64,000 bases of DNA from Bacteroidales bacterium (lineage in GTDB: Bacteria; Bacteroidota; Bacteroidia; Bacteroidales; UBA932). Below, in pieces: positions 55,495 to 64,000 of this stretch. The stretch covers positions 102,491-166,490 of the forward strand of contig JAFQFD010000038.1 of NCBI GenBank assembly GCA_017415715.1. Direction: 5' to 3'. The notes under the pieces were generated by a model. It did not search any database. It saw only the letters and a list, made by a program, of their open reading frames with translations, and was not told where the DNA came from. Within the stretch, counting starts at the first letter, position 1; the number at the start of each line of letters is the position of its first letter. The position numbers and the translations under genes were made by a program.

Positions 55495-56487
55495 ATGGAT
55501 ATCAAGATCCTTTTAAAGAAATATATGGATGGTATTTGCTCCAAAGAAGAGGAGAAAATCGCCCGTAAATGGCTGGATAAGCATATTGCAGATCCGACTT
55601 GTGATTCCATATTCGAAGAAATGCTGGATGCTATAGATCCTGATAATGACAGTGAAAGCCTGCGAAGGAACTGGTCGCATCTGAGCCGTTTTGTTGACTA
55701 TGAAAAAGAACACTACGAAAAGACGAAGAAGACCCGAAAGCTCTTCGGATGGTTCAGTGCCGCTGTTGTCTGTGCATCAGTAGCCGTAGCTGCCGCTTTA
55801 CTGTTCTCTGCCAGATACAAGACATCTGTCCAGTGGCACGAGGTATATGCTGAAAGAGGTGAAACCAGAGAGATCACTTTAAGTGATGGCACAAGCCTTT
55901 GGCTTGATGCGGACACCAAGGTCATATATCCGTCGGAGTTCATCGGTGACACTAGAAATATCTTTGTGGATGGAGAGATATACGCTGATGTCACAGCCGA
56001 TAAGAACAAGCCTTTCGTCGTATCTACGTCCGAGGTCAATGTAAAGGTGCATGGCACGCAGTTCAGTGTGAAGGCATTTGCGGAAAGACCGAATGTCGAA
56101 GTCGCGTTGATCAGCGGTTCCGTTACGGTCGAGGACAAGGATAGTGAAGTGTTCATGAGAACTCTCAATCCAGGTGAGCTCATACGCTATAATCATCAAT
56201 TCAGGACAATCGAAGAGTATGACATCAATCCTGAAACTTACGGCAAGTGGCGCAATAACAGCAATCTGAGATTCATCAATCAAAGCCTGGAGGATATAGC
56301 TTCAGAACTTGAAAGACATTTCAATACCAAGATCGTGATAGAGGACCCGGTATTGACCAAGACTCAATACTATGCTTCCTTTATAAATAATGAAGGTCTG
56401 GATAAGATCCTTCAAGCCTTGAACAGCAATAACACAATGACCATCACCAGAAGAAACGACATAATCGTCATTTCTTCTGACAAATAA
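55495..56487 (+). CDS. FecR family anti-sigma factor
   Basis: TM helix, LSDGTSLWL, GEIYADV, VHGTQFSV, C-terminal DUF4974-like domain. Confidence 0.92.
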   Translation: MDIKILLKKYMDGICSKEEEKIARKWLDKHIADPTCDSIFEEMLDAIDPDNDSESLRRNWSHLSRFVDYEKEHYEKTKKTRKLFGWFSAAVVCASVAVAAALLFSARYKTSVQWHEVYAERGETREITLSDGTSLWLDADTKVIYPSEFIGDTRNIFVDGEIYADVTADKNKPFVVSTSEVNVKVHGTQFSVKAFAERPNVEVALISGSVTVEDKDSEVFMRTLNPGELIRYNHQFRTIEEYDINPETYGKWRNNSNLRFINQSLEDIASELERHFNTKIVIEDPVLTKTQYYASFINNEGLDKILQALNSNNTMTITRRNDIIVISSDK

Positions 56488-56512
56488 TACTAACCATATC
56501 ATTATTAACAAC

Positions 56513-59500
56513 ATGAATTATCGAAAGACAGTCATTCTTGTTCTTTCTCTGTTTGTGGCAGTCTGCATGCAGGCTCAGGATATAACCCTGAAGGCTGACA
56601 AGGCTCCCATCAGAGATGTAATCGAGGCCCTCCAGAAAGACTATGGATACTCGTTCTCGATCCGCACAAGCGAAGTCGATGTCGATAAGACAGTCAGCCT
56701 CAATGTCAGGAATTCTGATATTGAGACAGTTCTCGACAAGATCTTTGCGGGAAGCAATGTTTCTTACTCCATTGACGGTAACCTTATTTCCATAACTAAG
56801 GCGGTCGCTCCAAAGGAAACTGCTCCAAAGAAAAACGCTATCATCAAAGGTACTATCGTTGATGACACGGGTTTTCCAGTTGCCGGAGCTTCAGTAATGG
56901 TGAAGGGTACCAGGACAGGTGAGATTACCGATGTCGACGGAAACTTCACTCTGGACTGCGGCAGGCCGGCACCGGTTACAGTCGAGGCGGCATTCCTTGG
57001 AATGACGACACGGGAGGTTACGGTCACCGATCCGTCACTCCCCATAAGCATTGTATTGTCTCCTGATGCAAACGTGCTTGAAGACGTTGTCGTTGTGGCA
57101 TACGGATCCATGCGTCGCGAACTTGTGACAAATTCGATAGCATCATTCAAGCCGGACGAGAACAATCTCAGGACAGCTCTCAGCCCTACTGAAATGCTTC
57201 AGGGACGAGTGGCCGGCGTGAATATCACTACATCGTCCGGTAATCTGGGAACATCTGAGCGCATGAGCATCCGCGGATCAAGCTCGCTCAGCGCCAGCAA
57301 TGAGCCGCTTTATGTCATAGATGGAATCCCTCTCAGCAATGAGGCGGGAAACCTTTATTCTTTCGGTGAGGACCTCAGCTCGCTCTCTGTGCTGAACCTT
57401 AACGATATCGAGTCGATAGAAGTCCTCAAGGATGCAGCAGCTGCAGCCATCTACGGTTCAAGAGCGACCAACGGTGTCATCCTCATTACGACCAAGTCGG
57501 GACGTGAGGGCAGATCTGAGGTGAAGGTGAATTATAGCTTTGGAGTCTCTGAGTTCAATAACAGGAACAGAATCAAGTATGCCGATTCCGAGTCTTGGGT
57601 GAGAATATATAATGAGGCTATCGACAACTATAATAATCAGAACGGATTTGTGCAGACGAGCTCAGGATATGTTCAGCATATCCGTAATCCATTTGAGGGG
57701 CTCCCTGATACGGACTGGCTTGACGTGGCAACTCGTCTTGGCCTTTCACATACTGCTGACATTTCGTTCACAGGTGGAACTAACAAGACTAAGGTTTATA
57801 CATCTGCAAGTTTCGCAAATCAGGAAGGTGTCATCAAGACAAATGAGATTACGAAGATCAACCTCAAGGCAAATCTTTCCCATAAGATGAACAAGTGGCT
57901 TGAGGTCGGTGCCAACATGAGCGGAAACTTCATCAAGAACAATAGAGTTCCCGGTGCCTCTATCGGATCGACAATTGTAGCACGTATGGTTGAGCAGCGT
58001 CCGTTTGACCGCCCTTACAAGCCGAGTGGTGACTACTATCTCGGAGGTACGGATGAGCTTTCGCGCCACAATCCAGTACAGATCCTCGAAGAAGAGACTG
58101 TCTATGTCAATCAGTACAGGTATCTCGGTGCACTTTGGGCTCAGGCCGAAATTATAGACGGACTCAAGTTCAAGGCTTCTTTCAGCACAGATGCCGGATA
58201 TACCCTTGACTATCTTTATTATAACGCTAATCATCCTTACAAGGAAGATAACGGACGTGTCATAGAGAAGAACCGTTTCATCATGAGCAACCTCATCGAG
58301 ACATTCTTTACTTATGACAAGCAGTGGGGCAATCTTACTTTTGGAGCGATGGCCGGTCATTCATATCAGAAAACATCTGCCCGTTCCAGCAGTATAGATG
58401 CCCAGAACTTCCCGTCTCCATCGTTCAATACAATCGGAGTCGCTGCGGTGATCTCCGGAGTTACAGGTGGCGTTTCCGAGTATGCCTTGGAGTCTTGGTA
58501 CGGTCGAATGAACTTTGCATGGAAAGACCGATATGTCCTCAATGCGACTCTCCGTGCTGACGGCTCGAGCCGTTTTGCTCCGGCATGTCGTTGGGGTCTT
58601 TTCCCTTCAGTATCTCTTGGATGGAATGTTTCCAAGGAAGACTTCTGGCCATCTTCAGCCGCAGAGTTGAAGGTACGTGCAAGCTACGGTAAGACAGGTA
58701 ACCAGGATGGTATCAGCAACTACGGTTGGCAGCCTCTCATCAGCGGAGGAGCAAACTATGGCGGCATCAGTGGTATTGCTGTCAGCTCAAAGGGTAACGA
58801 AAACCTCACATGGGAGACCGCAGATCAGTACGACGTCGGATTTGACCTCTCTTTCCTCAAGGGTAAGATCAACATGATGTTCGATACTTATCTCAAGAAT
58901 ACAAATGACCTTTTGTATAACATGCCTATGCATGCCACTTCAGGTCAGACAACTATTCTTGCGAATATCGGTTCCATGCGTAACTACGGAGTTGAGTTCA
59001 CCCTCAACACTCATGTAGATCTGGGACCGGTTCATTGGAGTTCATCATTCAACATTTCTCATAACAAGAACTCTTTGATCAGACTTACAGGTGATGATAT
59101 CATTGACTTAGGGTCGAACCATGCTCTCAAAGTAGGAGAGGAAGTCGGATCTTACTATCTCCTCAACTGGCAGGGAATCTATCAGTATGACGGAGAAGTC
59201 CCTTCCGGAGAGTATGGAATGGGTGTGCGTGCCGGTGACATGAAGTTCGAAGATGTTGATGGCAACGGCATCATCAACAGCTCCGATAAGATCATGGTCG
59301 GTTCCCCTAACCCTGACTTTGCCGGAGGTTGGAATAACTCTTTCTCATGGAAGGGCTTGAACCTCAGCGTGTTCTTTACGTACAGCTACGGTGCGGATAT
59401 CTTCGCCCAGTGGATGATGGGTCCTACACGTATGGGTAACTATCAGGGACTCCTCCAGGAATGGTGTGACAATCGCTGGACCGGTCCGGGCAGCACAAAC

Positions 59501-59812
59501 CTTTATCCAAGGCCAGTATATTCATATCATGGTAACAACAGCCGCGCTTCTACATATTATATGCAGGACGGTTCGTTCATAAAGCTCAAGTCCCTCATGC
59601 TTTCTTATACACTTCCTCAAAAGTGGACGGATGCTATGAAGATGAGGTCGGTGAGAGTATATCTTCAGGGTGAGAATCTTGCTCTCATCAGCAAATACAG
59701 AGGATGGGACCCTGAGATATCCAACAGTACCAACCCTGCACTTATCGGTTGTGACTATTACGGAGTGCCTTCTCCAAGAATCTATAAACTCGGAGTAAAC
59801 ATCAGCTTCTAA
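56513..59812 (+). CDS. SusC-like TonB-dependent transducer with N-terminal STN signalling domain
   Basis: N-terminal extension (DIETVLDKIF...SYSIDGNLISI), PLYVIDG, VLKDAAAAAIYGSRATNGVILITTK, C-terminal F. Confidence 0.95.
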   Translation: MNYRKTVILVLSLFVAVCMQAQDITLKADKAPIRDVIEALQKDYGYSFSIRTSEVDVDKTVSLNVRNSDIETVLDKIFAGSNVSYSIDGNLISITKAVAPKETAPKKNAIIKGTIVDDTGFPVAGASVMVKGTRTGEITDVDGNFTLDCGRPAPVTVEAAFLGMTTREVTVTDPSLPISIVLSPDANVLEDVVVVAYGSMRRELVTNSIASFKPDENNLRTALSPTEMLQGRVAGVNITTSSGNLGTSERMSIRGSSSLSASNEPLYVIDGIPLSNEAGNLYSFGEDLSSLSVLNLNDIESIEVLKDAAAAAIYGSRATNGVILITTKSGREGRSEVKVNYSFGVSEFNNRNRIKYADSESWVRIYNEAIDNYNNQNGFVQTSSGYVQHIRNPFEGLPDTDWLDVATRLGLSHTADISFTGGTNKTKVYTSASFANQEGVIKTNEITKINLKANLSHKMNKWLEVGANMSGNFIKNNRVPGASIGSTIVARMVEQRPFDRPYKPSGDYYLGGTDELSRHNPVQILEEETVYVNQYRYLGALWAQAEIIDGLKFKASFSTDAGYTLDYLYYNANHPYKEDNGRVIEKNRFIMSNLIETFFTYDKQWGNLTFGAMAGHSYQKTSARSSSIDAQNFPSPSFNTIGVAAVISGVTGGVSEYALESWYGRMNFAWKDRYVLNATLRADGSSRFAPACRWGLFPSVSLGWNVSKEDFWPSSAAELKVRASYGKTGNQDGISNYGWQPLISGGANYGGISGIAVSSKGNENLTWETADQYDVGFDLSFLKGKINMMFDTYLKNTNDLLYNMPMHATSGQTTILANIGSMRNYGVEFTLNTHVDLGPVHWSSSFNISHNKNSLIRLTGDDIIDLGSNHALKVGEEVGSYYLLNWQGIYQYDGEVPSGEYGMGVRAGDMKFEDVDGNGIINSSDKIMVGSPNPDFAGGWNNSFSWKGLNLSVFFTYSYGADIFAQWMMGPTRMGNYQGLLQEWCDNRWTGPGSTNLYPRPVYSYHGNNSRASTYYMQDGSFIKLKSLMLSYTLPQKWTDAMKMRSVRVYLQGENLALISKYRGWDPEISNSTNPALIGCDYYGVPSPRIYKLGVNISF

Positions 59813-59825
59813 AGAATTATTCGGT

Positions 59826-61097
59826 ATGAAAAAAATATTTAACTTGATTATAATAAGCCTTGTGTGTGCTGTCGGATGCGACCTGGATATGGATCCGTCA
59901 TCTGCAGTGTCTCCCGGTTCGGTGACTTCGCAGGACATCGTGTCGCTCCGCAGCGGCATGTATATCAAAGTGCAGGAGGAGCCTGGCGAGAAGGCATACA
60001 TAATGTTTGACCTTTTCGGAGGTAACCTCACTACAAAGGCCAGCAAAAACTCGATTGACCTCATCAATTCACTTTCCACAGCAATGAGTGGTGATGTCCT
60101 TGACCAGTGGCAGGGATTCTACAAGGCTCTCATGCAGGTGAATAACGTGTATTCAATTGCTGAAGGCATGGGCGAGGGGGCAATGCGCAACAAGGTGTTG
60201 GGCGAGTGCCACTATTTCAGGGCATATCTCCATCTCTGTCTGGTGACAAGATTCGGTGATGTTCCGCTCATGAAGTTCAATACGGATGATCTTGTCTCAA
60301 GGACACCTGCCGCTGAAGTATGGCAGTTCATATATGATGAACTTGACCTGGCTATCGGACTTCTCGGCACTCCGGATGAGGGATGCAACTATCTTTCAAA
60401 AGATGCTGCAAAGGCGCTCAAGGCACGTGTATGTCTTTATACAGGAAAGAAGCAGGAGGCGGTTGAACTTGCAGAGAGCCTCATCGCGGATGCACGCTAT
60501 GGTCTTGATGGATTTGACAAGATCTTCCGTGGCGCCAACAACAAGGAAGTCATCTTTGCATTCTCTTGTCTGAACACTGACCAGTCGAAGATCGGTATCA
60601 GTGCAATGTTCTATTCATATAACCATCCTAACTCCGGCAGCTATGTATATGCTCCAGCAGGTGATGTGATGACAATGTATGAAGACGGAGACCTTAGAAA
60701 GGAGATTTCAATCACAACTCTTGACAACCTCAACTTCATCAACAAGTATCCGAGCGGACAGAAAGGTACTGACCCCGTGGTGGTTTCAAGACTTGCGGAG
60801 ATGTATCTCATCAGTGCTGAGGCTCAGGGAATATCAAAAGGTCTCAACCGTCTGAACGAACTTCGTCAGGCGCGTGGACTCAATAAGGTCATTCCTGGAT
60901 CGGAGACTGAATTCATCGAGGCTGTTCTCGATGAAAGACGCAAGGAGTTCCTTTGCGAAGGCCATCGTTGGTATGACCTGGTCCGTACAGGCAAGGCCGT
61001 TGAGAAACTTGGCATTCAGGAGTATCAGACTCTTATGCCGATTCCTGCAGCAGAACGTCAGGCAAACAGGAATCTTACCCAGAATCCAGGTTATTAA
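59826..61097 (+). CDS. SusD/RagB family lipoprotein (short)
   Basis: Lipobox AVGC, GECHYFRAY, RLAEMYLISAEA, ERRKEFLCEGHRWYDLVR, QNPGY. Confidence 0.93.
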   Translation: MKKIFNLIIISLVCAVGCDLDMDPSSAVSPGSVTSQDIVSLRSGMYIKVQEEPGEKAYIMFDLFGGNLTTKASKNSIDLINSLSTAMSGDVLDQWQGFYKALMQVNNVYSIAEGMGEGAMRNKVLGECHYFRAYLHLCLVTRFGDVPLMKFNTDDLVSRTPAAEVWQFIYDELDLAIGLLGTPDEGCNYLSKDAAKALKARVCLYTGKKQEAVELAESLIADARYGLDGFDKIFRGANNKEVIFAFSCLNTDQSKIGISAMFYSYNHPNSGSYVYAPAGDVMTMYEDGDLRKEISITTLDNLNFINKYPSGQKGTDPVVVSRLAEMYLISAEAQGISKGLNRLNELRQARGLNKVIPGSETEFIEAVLDERRKEFLCEGHRWYDLVRTGKAVEKLGIQEYQTLMPIPAAERQANRNLTQNPGY

Positions 61098-61118
61098 TCG
61101 ATAACAAAGACGATAGTT

Positions 61119-61967
61119 ATGAAAAAACATATATTGACAACAGCCATACTGGGCATCCTTGCATTTGCTGCAGTCTCTTGCAACTCGGATGAGTTCGAGA
61201 AGCCGGACTACTATCAGCAGGTGGCTTCGACAAAGCTTGGGCAGCAGATCGTAGACGGATCCTCAGACTACATCGCTCACGTGAAGAATGACGTGCAGAC
61301 AAAGGTGGCTCAGGGAGTTACCCGCATCGACATGAGCTACCTCAATCAGAAAGGACATGCCATGCAGCTGTTCCTTTACAAGGTGTCTCTCGGACCTGTA
61401 TCGCTTATAGCATCTACAGCCAATACATCAGAAAAGACAGACCTTCTCACCTCTATGTGCACCGAGGTCGAGAACCAGGGAAAATATACCGTGCTTGGTG
61501 CAATAAGTGGCGGTAATGCTCTGGGAAAGGGCGATGTGTTCTTTGCAACCCTCAATGATGGCAGCGCAGTATGCCTTCCTGCATCTGAATATGATTCAGT
61601 AAGTTCCAAGATTACAATGGGATATTCCGGCACCGCGCATCTCCTTCAGAACGGATATGTGCTGGGACAGACCGACAACTCGACGCTTGCACGTGCGGCT
61701 GTGGGTGTATCGGAAAACGGCAATGAAGTCTATCTTCTCGTTGTTGACGGAGGTGACTTCTTCTATTCGAACGGAATCGGCTGCAATGATCTTGCACTCC
61801 TCATGAAGGGCTGCGGGGCACATGACGCGTTGGCCATTTCATCTGGAAACAATGTGACTGCAGTATGGCGCAATATGCGTAGCGAGAACCTTTTCGACCT
61901 GCTGAACAAGCCGGCAAACAAAGGTATTGAGATGCCGATTGCGGGAGGAATCCTGATTGTTCAATAA
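61119..61967 (+). CDS. Phosphodiester glycosidase (NAGPA/DUF2233)-like lipoprotein with degenerate motifs
   Basis: Lipobox AVSC. ARAAVG, YLLVVDG, LALLMKGCGAHDAL resemble the family, but AISSGNN replaces NLDGGGS. Confidence 0.65.
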   Translation: MKKHILTTAILGILAFAAVSCNSDEFEKPDYYQQVASTKLGQQIVDGSSDYIAHVKNDVQTKVAQGVTRIDMSYLNQKGHAMQLFLYKVSLGPVSLIASTANTSEKTDLLTSMCTEVENQGKYTVLGAISGGNALGKGDVFFATLNDGSAVCLPASEYDSVSSKITMGYSGTAHLLQNGYVLGQTDNSTLARAAVGVSENGNEVYLLVVDGGDFFYSNGIGCNDLALLMKGCGAHDALAISSGNNVTAVWRNMRSENLFDLLNKPANKGIEMPIAGGILIVQ

Positions 61968-61982
61968 TTTAAGGACAGGTAT

Positions 61983-63743
61983 ATGAAGAATATTTTCAAG
62001 ACATTCATCATGCTTGCAGCCTCCATTGTCATGGCAGGCTGTCTGAACAGCATAGACGAGACGGGGTTCGATCCGCAGACTCCGAATATATCATTCTCTG
62101 AAGAGAACCTTTCAATTGACCAGAATGGCGGTGAACTGAAGGTGATGCTCAACTCAAACCTCCCATGGCGTGTAACCTCTGATGCAGCATGGCTGACCGT
62201 TTCTGAGGAGAATGGTCTCGAGGGTAAGGAACTTGTGCTTACTGTAGCCAGAAACCGTACACGAAAGGAACGTCTAGCTACTCTGACGGCATGGATCATT
62301 GCCGATCAGCCCGTGAAGATGACTGTAACTCAGGATCCTACTCCTGCCGGGGAGTCATTCACATACTATGTGAAGGCTGACGGCGACGGTCATGCGGAAG
62401 GATTTACATGGGAAACCGCAACCACCCTTGCCAGTGCTATGGGCAAGGCTGCTGACGGTGACAAGATTTGTGTGGCAGCCGGTACTTATACCCCGATCAC
62501 ATTGATTCCAGGCGGTGAGACAGAGGAGGAAAGAACATTTGAGATACATAGCAACTTCACTATTGAGGGCGGTTATCCGGCAGATGCGGTTACAGGTGCT
62601 GTCGCCGATCCTGCCAACAATGAGACAATCCTTGATGGTGCAGGCAGCGCATATCATGTTGTCGTGGTTTCCGCTTCGAAAGACAATACTCCAGCTGTTC
62701 TTAAGAACGTCACGATTACGGGAGGACGTACACATACGGCAAATCAGCAGACCTATCGTCAGGCAGGTGAGAACCTTGTAGACGTCGGTCTTGCAGGCGG
62801 TATCTATATCGGTAAGGCGAACTTCGTGATGGAGAATTGCAAAGTGATCGCAAATGCCGCCGCTCTTGCAGCAGGCTGCTACATATCTCCGAATGCAGAA
62901 GTGACATTCCGTCAGTGTGTCTTCCAGAACAACTCTGCTGACAGCAACGGCGGCGGCATCTGGAATGCAGGTGGAACACTCTATATGTATGACAGCGTTG
63001 TCGCTCAGAATACTTGCGGACAGCAGGCCGCAGGATACTACTCTATCGATTCTGGCGGAACAATCACGGTTAGCCGCATCTACAATACATTGTTCCTTGA
63101 GAATGACTGTACTCAGAAGAACGAGAAGCGTTCCGGCGGTGCCCTCTATATACGTGCAGGATCTGACGCGGTATTCGTGAATTGTACAATTACAGGCAAC
63201 AAGGCCGGATGGGGTGCTGCAATCTCAGGTCATGGAACCGGTCAGGAGGCAGCCAAACTGTCCAATACCACATTCTTCAACTGTACAATCACAGGCAATC
63301 ATGCAAACAATGGCGGCGGTGGTCTCTTCGCCTACAATGCAGGTGCTCAGATTACTGCTTATAACTGTATCGTGTCGGGAAACACTTCGTCCGGCATAGC
63401 CGCTGAGTCGGGAGTCCTCGATGGAGTTGATGCAAATCGCGTCCTGGTTAAGAATTCAGTCCTCGGATCGTCACTTGTTGATGCTGCCGGAGGCGCAGTA
63501 GGAGGCTGGGGATTCTCTACGTCGATGATCGGAGAACTTGGCTATTATGACAACAGTATCACCAAGTGTTTTCCGCTCGTGGTAAGTGCTGATAATCCGG
63601 CCGTTGACCAGGGTCTCTCAAATGCAGACCTTCAGGAGCTTGCCGGAGGTTTCAATCCAGCAGTCGACATGGAACTTCTTCTCAGCGGTCAGAATGCCGT
63701 TCAAAGAACCAAGAAGTCAATCGGATCATATAATGCAAAATAA
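61983..63743 (+). CDS. Lipoprotein with BACON domain and right-handed beta-helix (pectin-lyase-like fold)
   Basis: Lipobox MAGC, SNLPWRVTSDAAWLTV (BACON), then repeated NxAxxxGGG / NCTITGN beta-helix coils. Confidence 0.75.
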   Translation: MKNIFKTFIMLAASIVMAGCLNSIDETGFDPQTPNISFSEENLSIDQNGGELKVMLNSNLPWRVTSDAAWLTVSEENGLEGKELVLTVARNRTRKERLATLTAWIIADQPVKMTVTQDPTPAGESFTYYVKADGDGHAEGFTWETATTLASAMGKAADGDKICVAAGTYTPITLIPGGETEEERTFEIHSNFTIEGGYPADAVTGAVADPANNETILDGAGSAYHVVVVSASKDNTPAVLKNVTITGGRTHTANQQTYRQAGENLVDVGLAGGIYIGKANFVMENCKVIANAAALAAGCYISPNAEVTFRQCVFQNNSADSNGGGIWNAGGTLYMYDSVVAQNTCGQQAAGYYSIDSGGTITVSRIYNTLFLENDCTQKNEKRSGGALYIRAGSDAVFVNCTITGNKAGWGAAISGHGTGQEAAKLSNTTFFNCTITGNHANNGGGGLFAYNAGAQITAYNCIVSGNTSSGIAAESGVLDGVDANRVLVKNSVLGSSLVDAAGGAVGGWGFSTSMIGELGYYDNSITKCFPLVVSADNPAVDQGLSNADLQELAGGFNPAVDMELLLSGQNAVQRTKKSIGSYNAK

Positions 63744-63759
63744 CACTAAATCTATTATT

Positions 63760-64000
63760 ATGAAAAAAACAATTTTTACACTTTCTCTTCTCGCTCTCGC
63801 TTTTGTGGGATGTGACAAAGAACCACAGGAGGGACCGGGAGATGTCAAAAAGTTTACGATCGTAGCTTCTACGGATGGAACCATTCTTCCAGAGTGGAAG
63901 GCTGAAGACGAGATCACAGTTGTATGCAACGACGAAATGTATACTTTCGCTGCAGACAAGGCAGGTAAGACTGCAGACTTTACAGAGCCAGAGGGACTTC
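63760..64000 (+). CDS. Lipoprotein, partial (runs off the window); possibly fimbrillin-like or PUL accessory
   Basis: Manual translation MKKTIFTLSLLALAFVGCDKEPQEGPGDVKKFTIVAST...WKAEDEITV, with a lipobox and open frame to the window end. Confidence 0.7.
   Translation, partial: MKKTIFTLSLLALAFVGCDKEPQEGPGDVKKFTIVASTDGTILPEWKAEDEITVVCNDEMYTFAADKAGKTADFTEPEGL

Noticed and set aside
1-64000. rRNA, tRNA, integrase, transposase or prophage genes
   Set aside because: None recognised. Intergenic gaps are short and explained by promoters, terminators or repeats.

Overview
Chromosomal window from a Bacteroidales bacterium (TAnnTTTG promoters, SusC/SusD pairs, Bacteroidetes-type rnf and purM). From left to right it holds: a partial LptF/G permease and alaS (minus strand); two M23 peptidases, merR-like, nif3, a zinc-ribbon gene, dnaB and DUF3108; the rseC-rnfBCDGEA operon; a probable beta-1,2-glucan utilization locus (LuxR-type sensor, 2x GH144, SusC/D, LamG lipoprotein, GH43-CBM32, GH3); a mosaic de novo purine cluster (purE-L-F, purM-H, purD-folD) with inserted accessory genes; a GH30-type beta-1,6-glucan locus; and the start of an ECF-sigma/FecR-controlled SusC/D locus with a degenerate phosphodiester glycosidase. 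The best novelty candidate is a tightly coupled two-gene cassette after folD. It encodes a NADAR hydrolase followed by a small PARP/diphtheria-toxin-like ADP-ribosyltransferase (HGS, FGxGIY-X10-Y, Asn in place of the catalytic Glu) that is not DarT, and may be an uncharacterised ADP-ribosylation toxin-antitoxin or defence module. The second highlight is a family of GTC-AT...AT-CT palindromic repeats with compensatory stem changes, lying just upstream of start codons and inserted in frame in purD and rnfG. All calls come from reading motifs by eye; no database searches were run.
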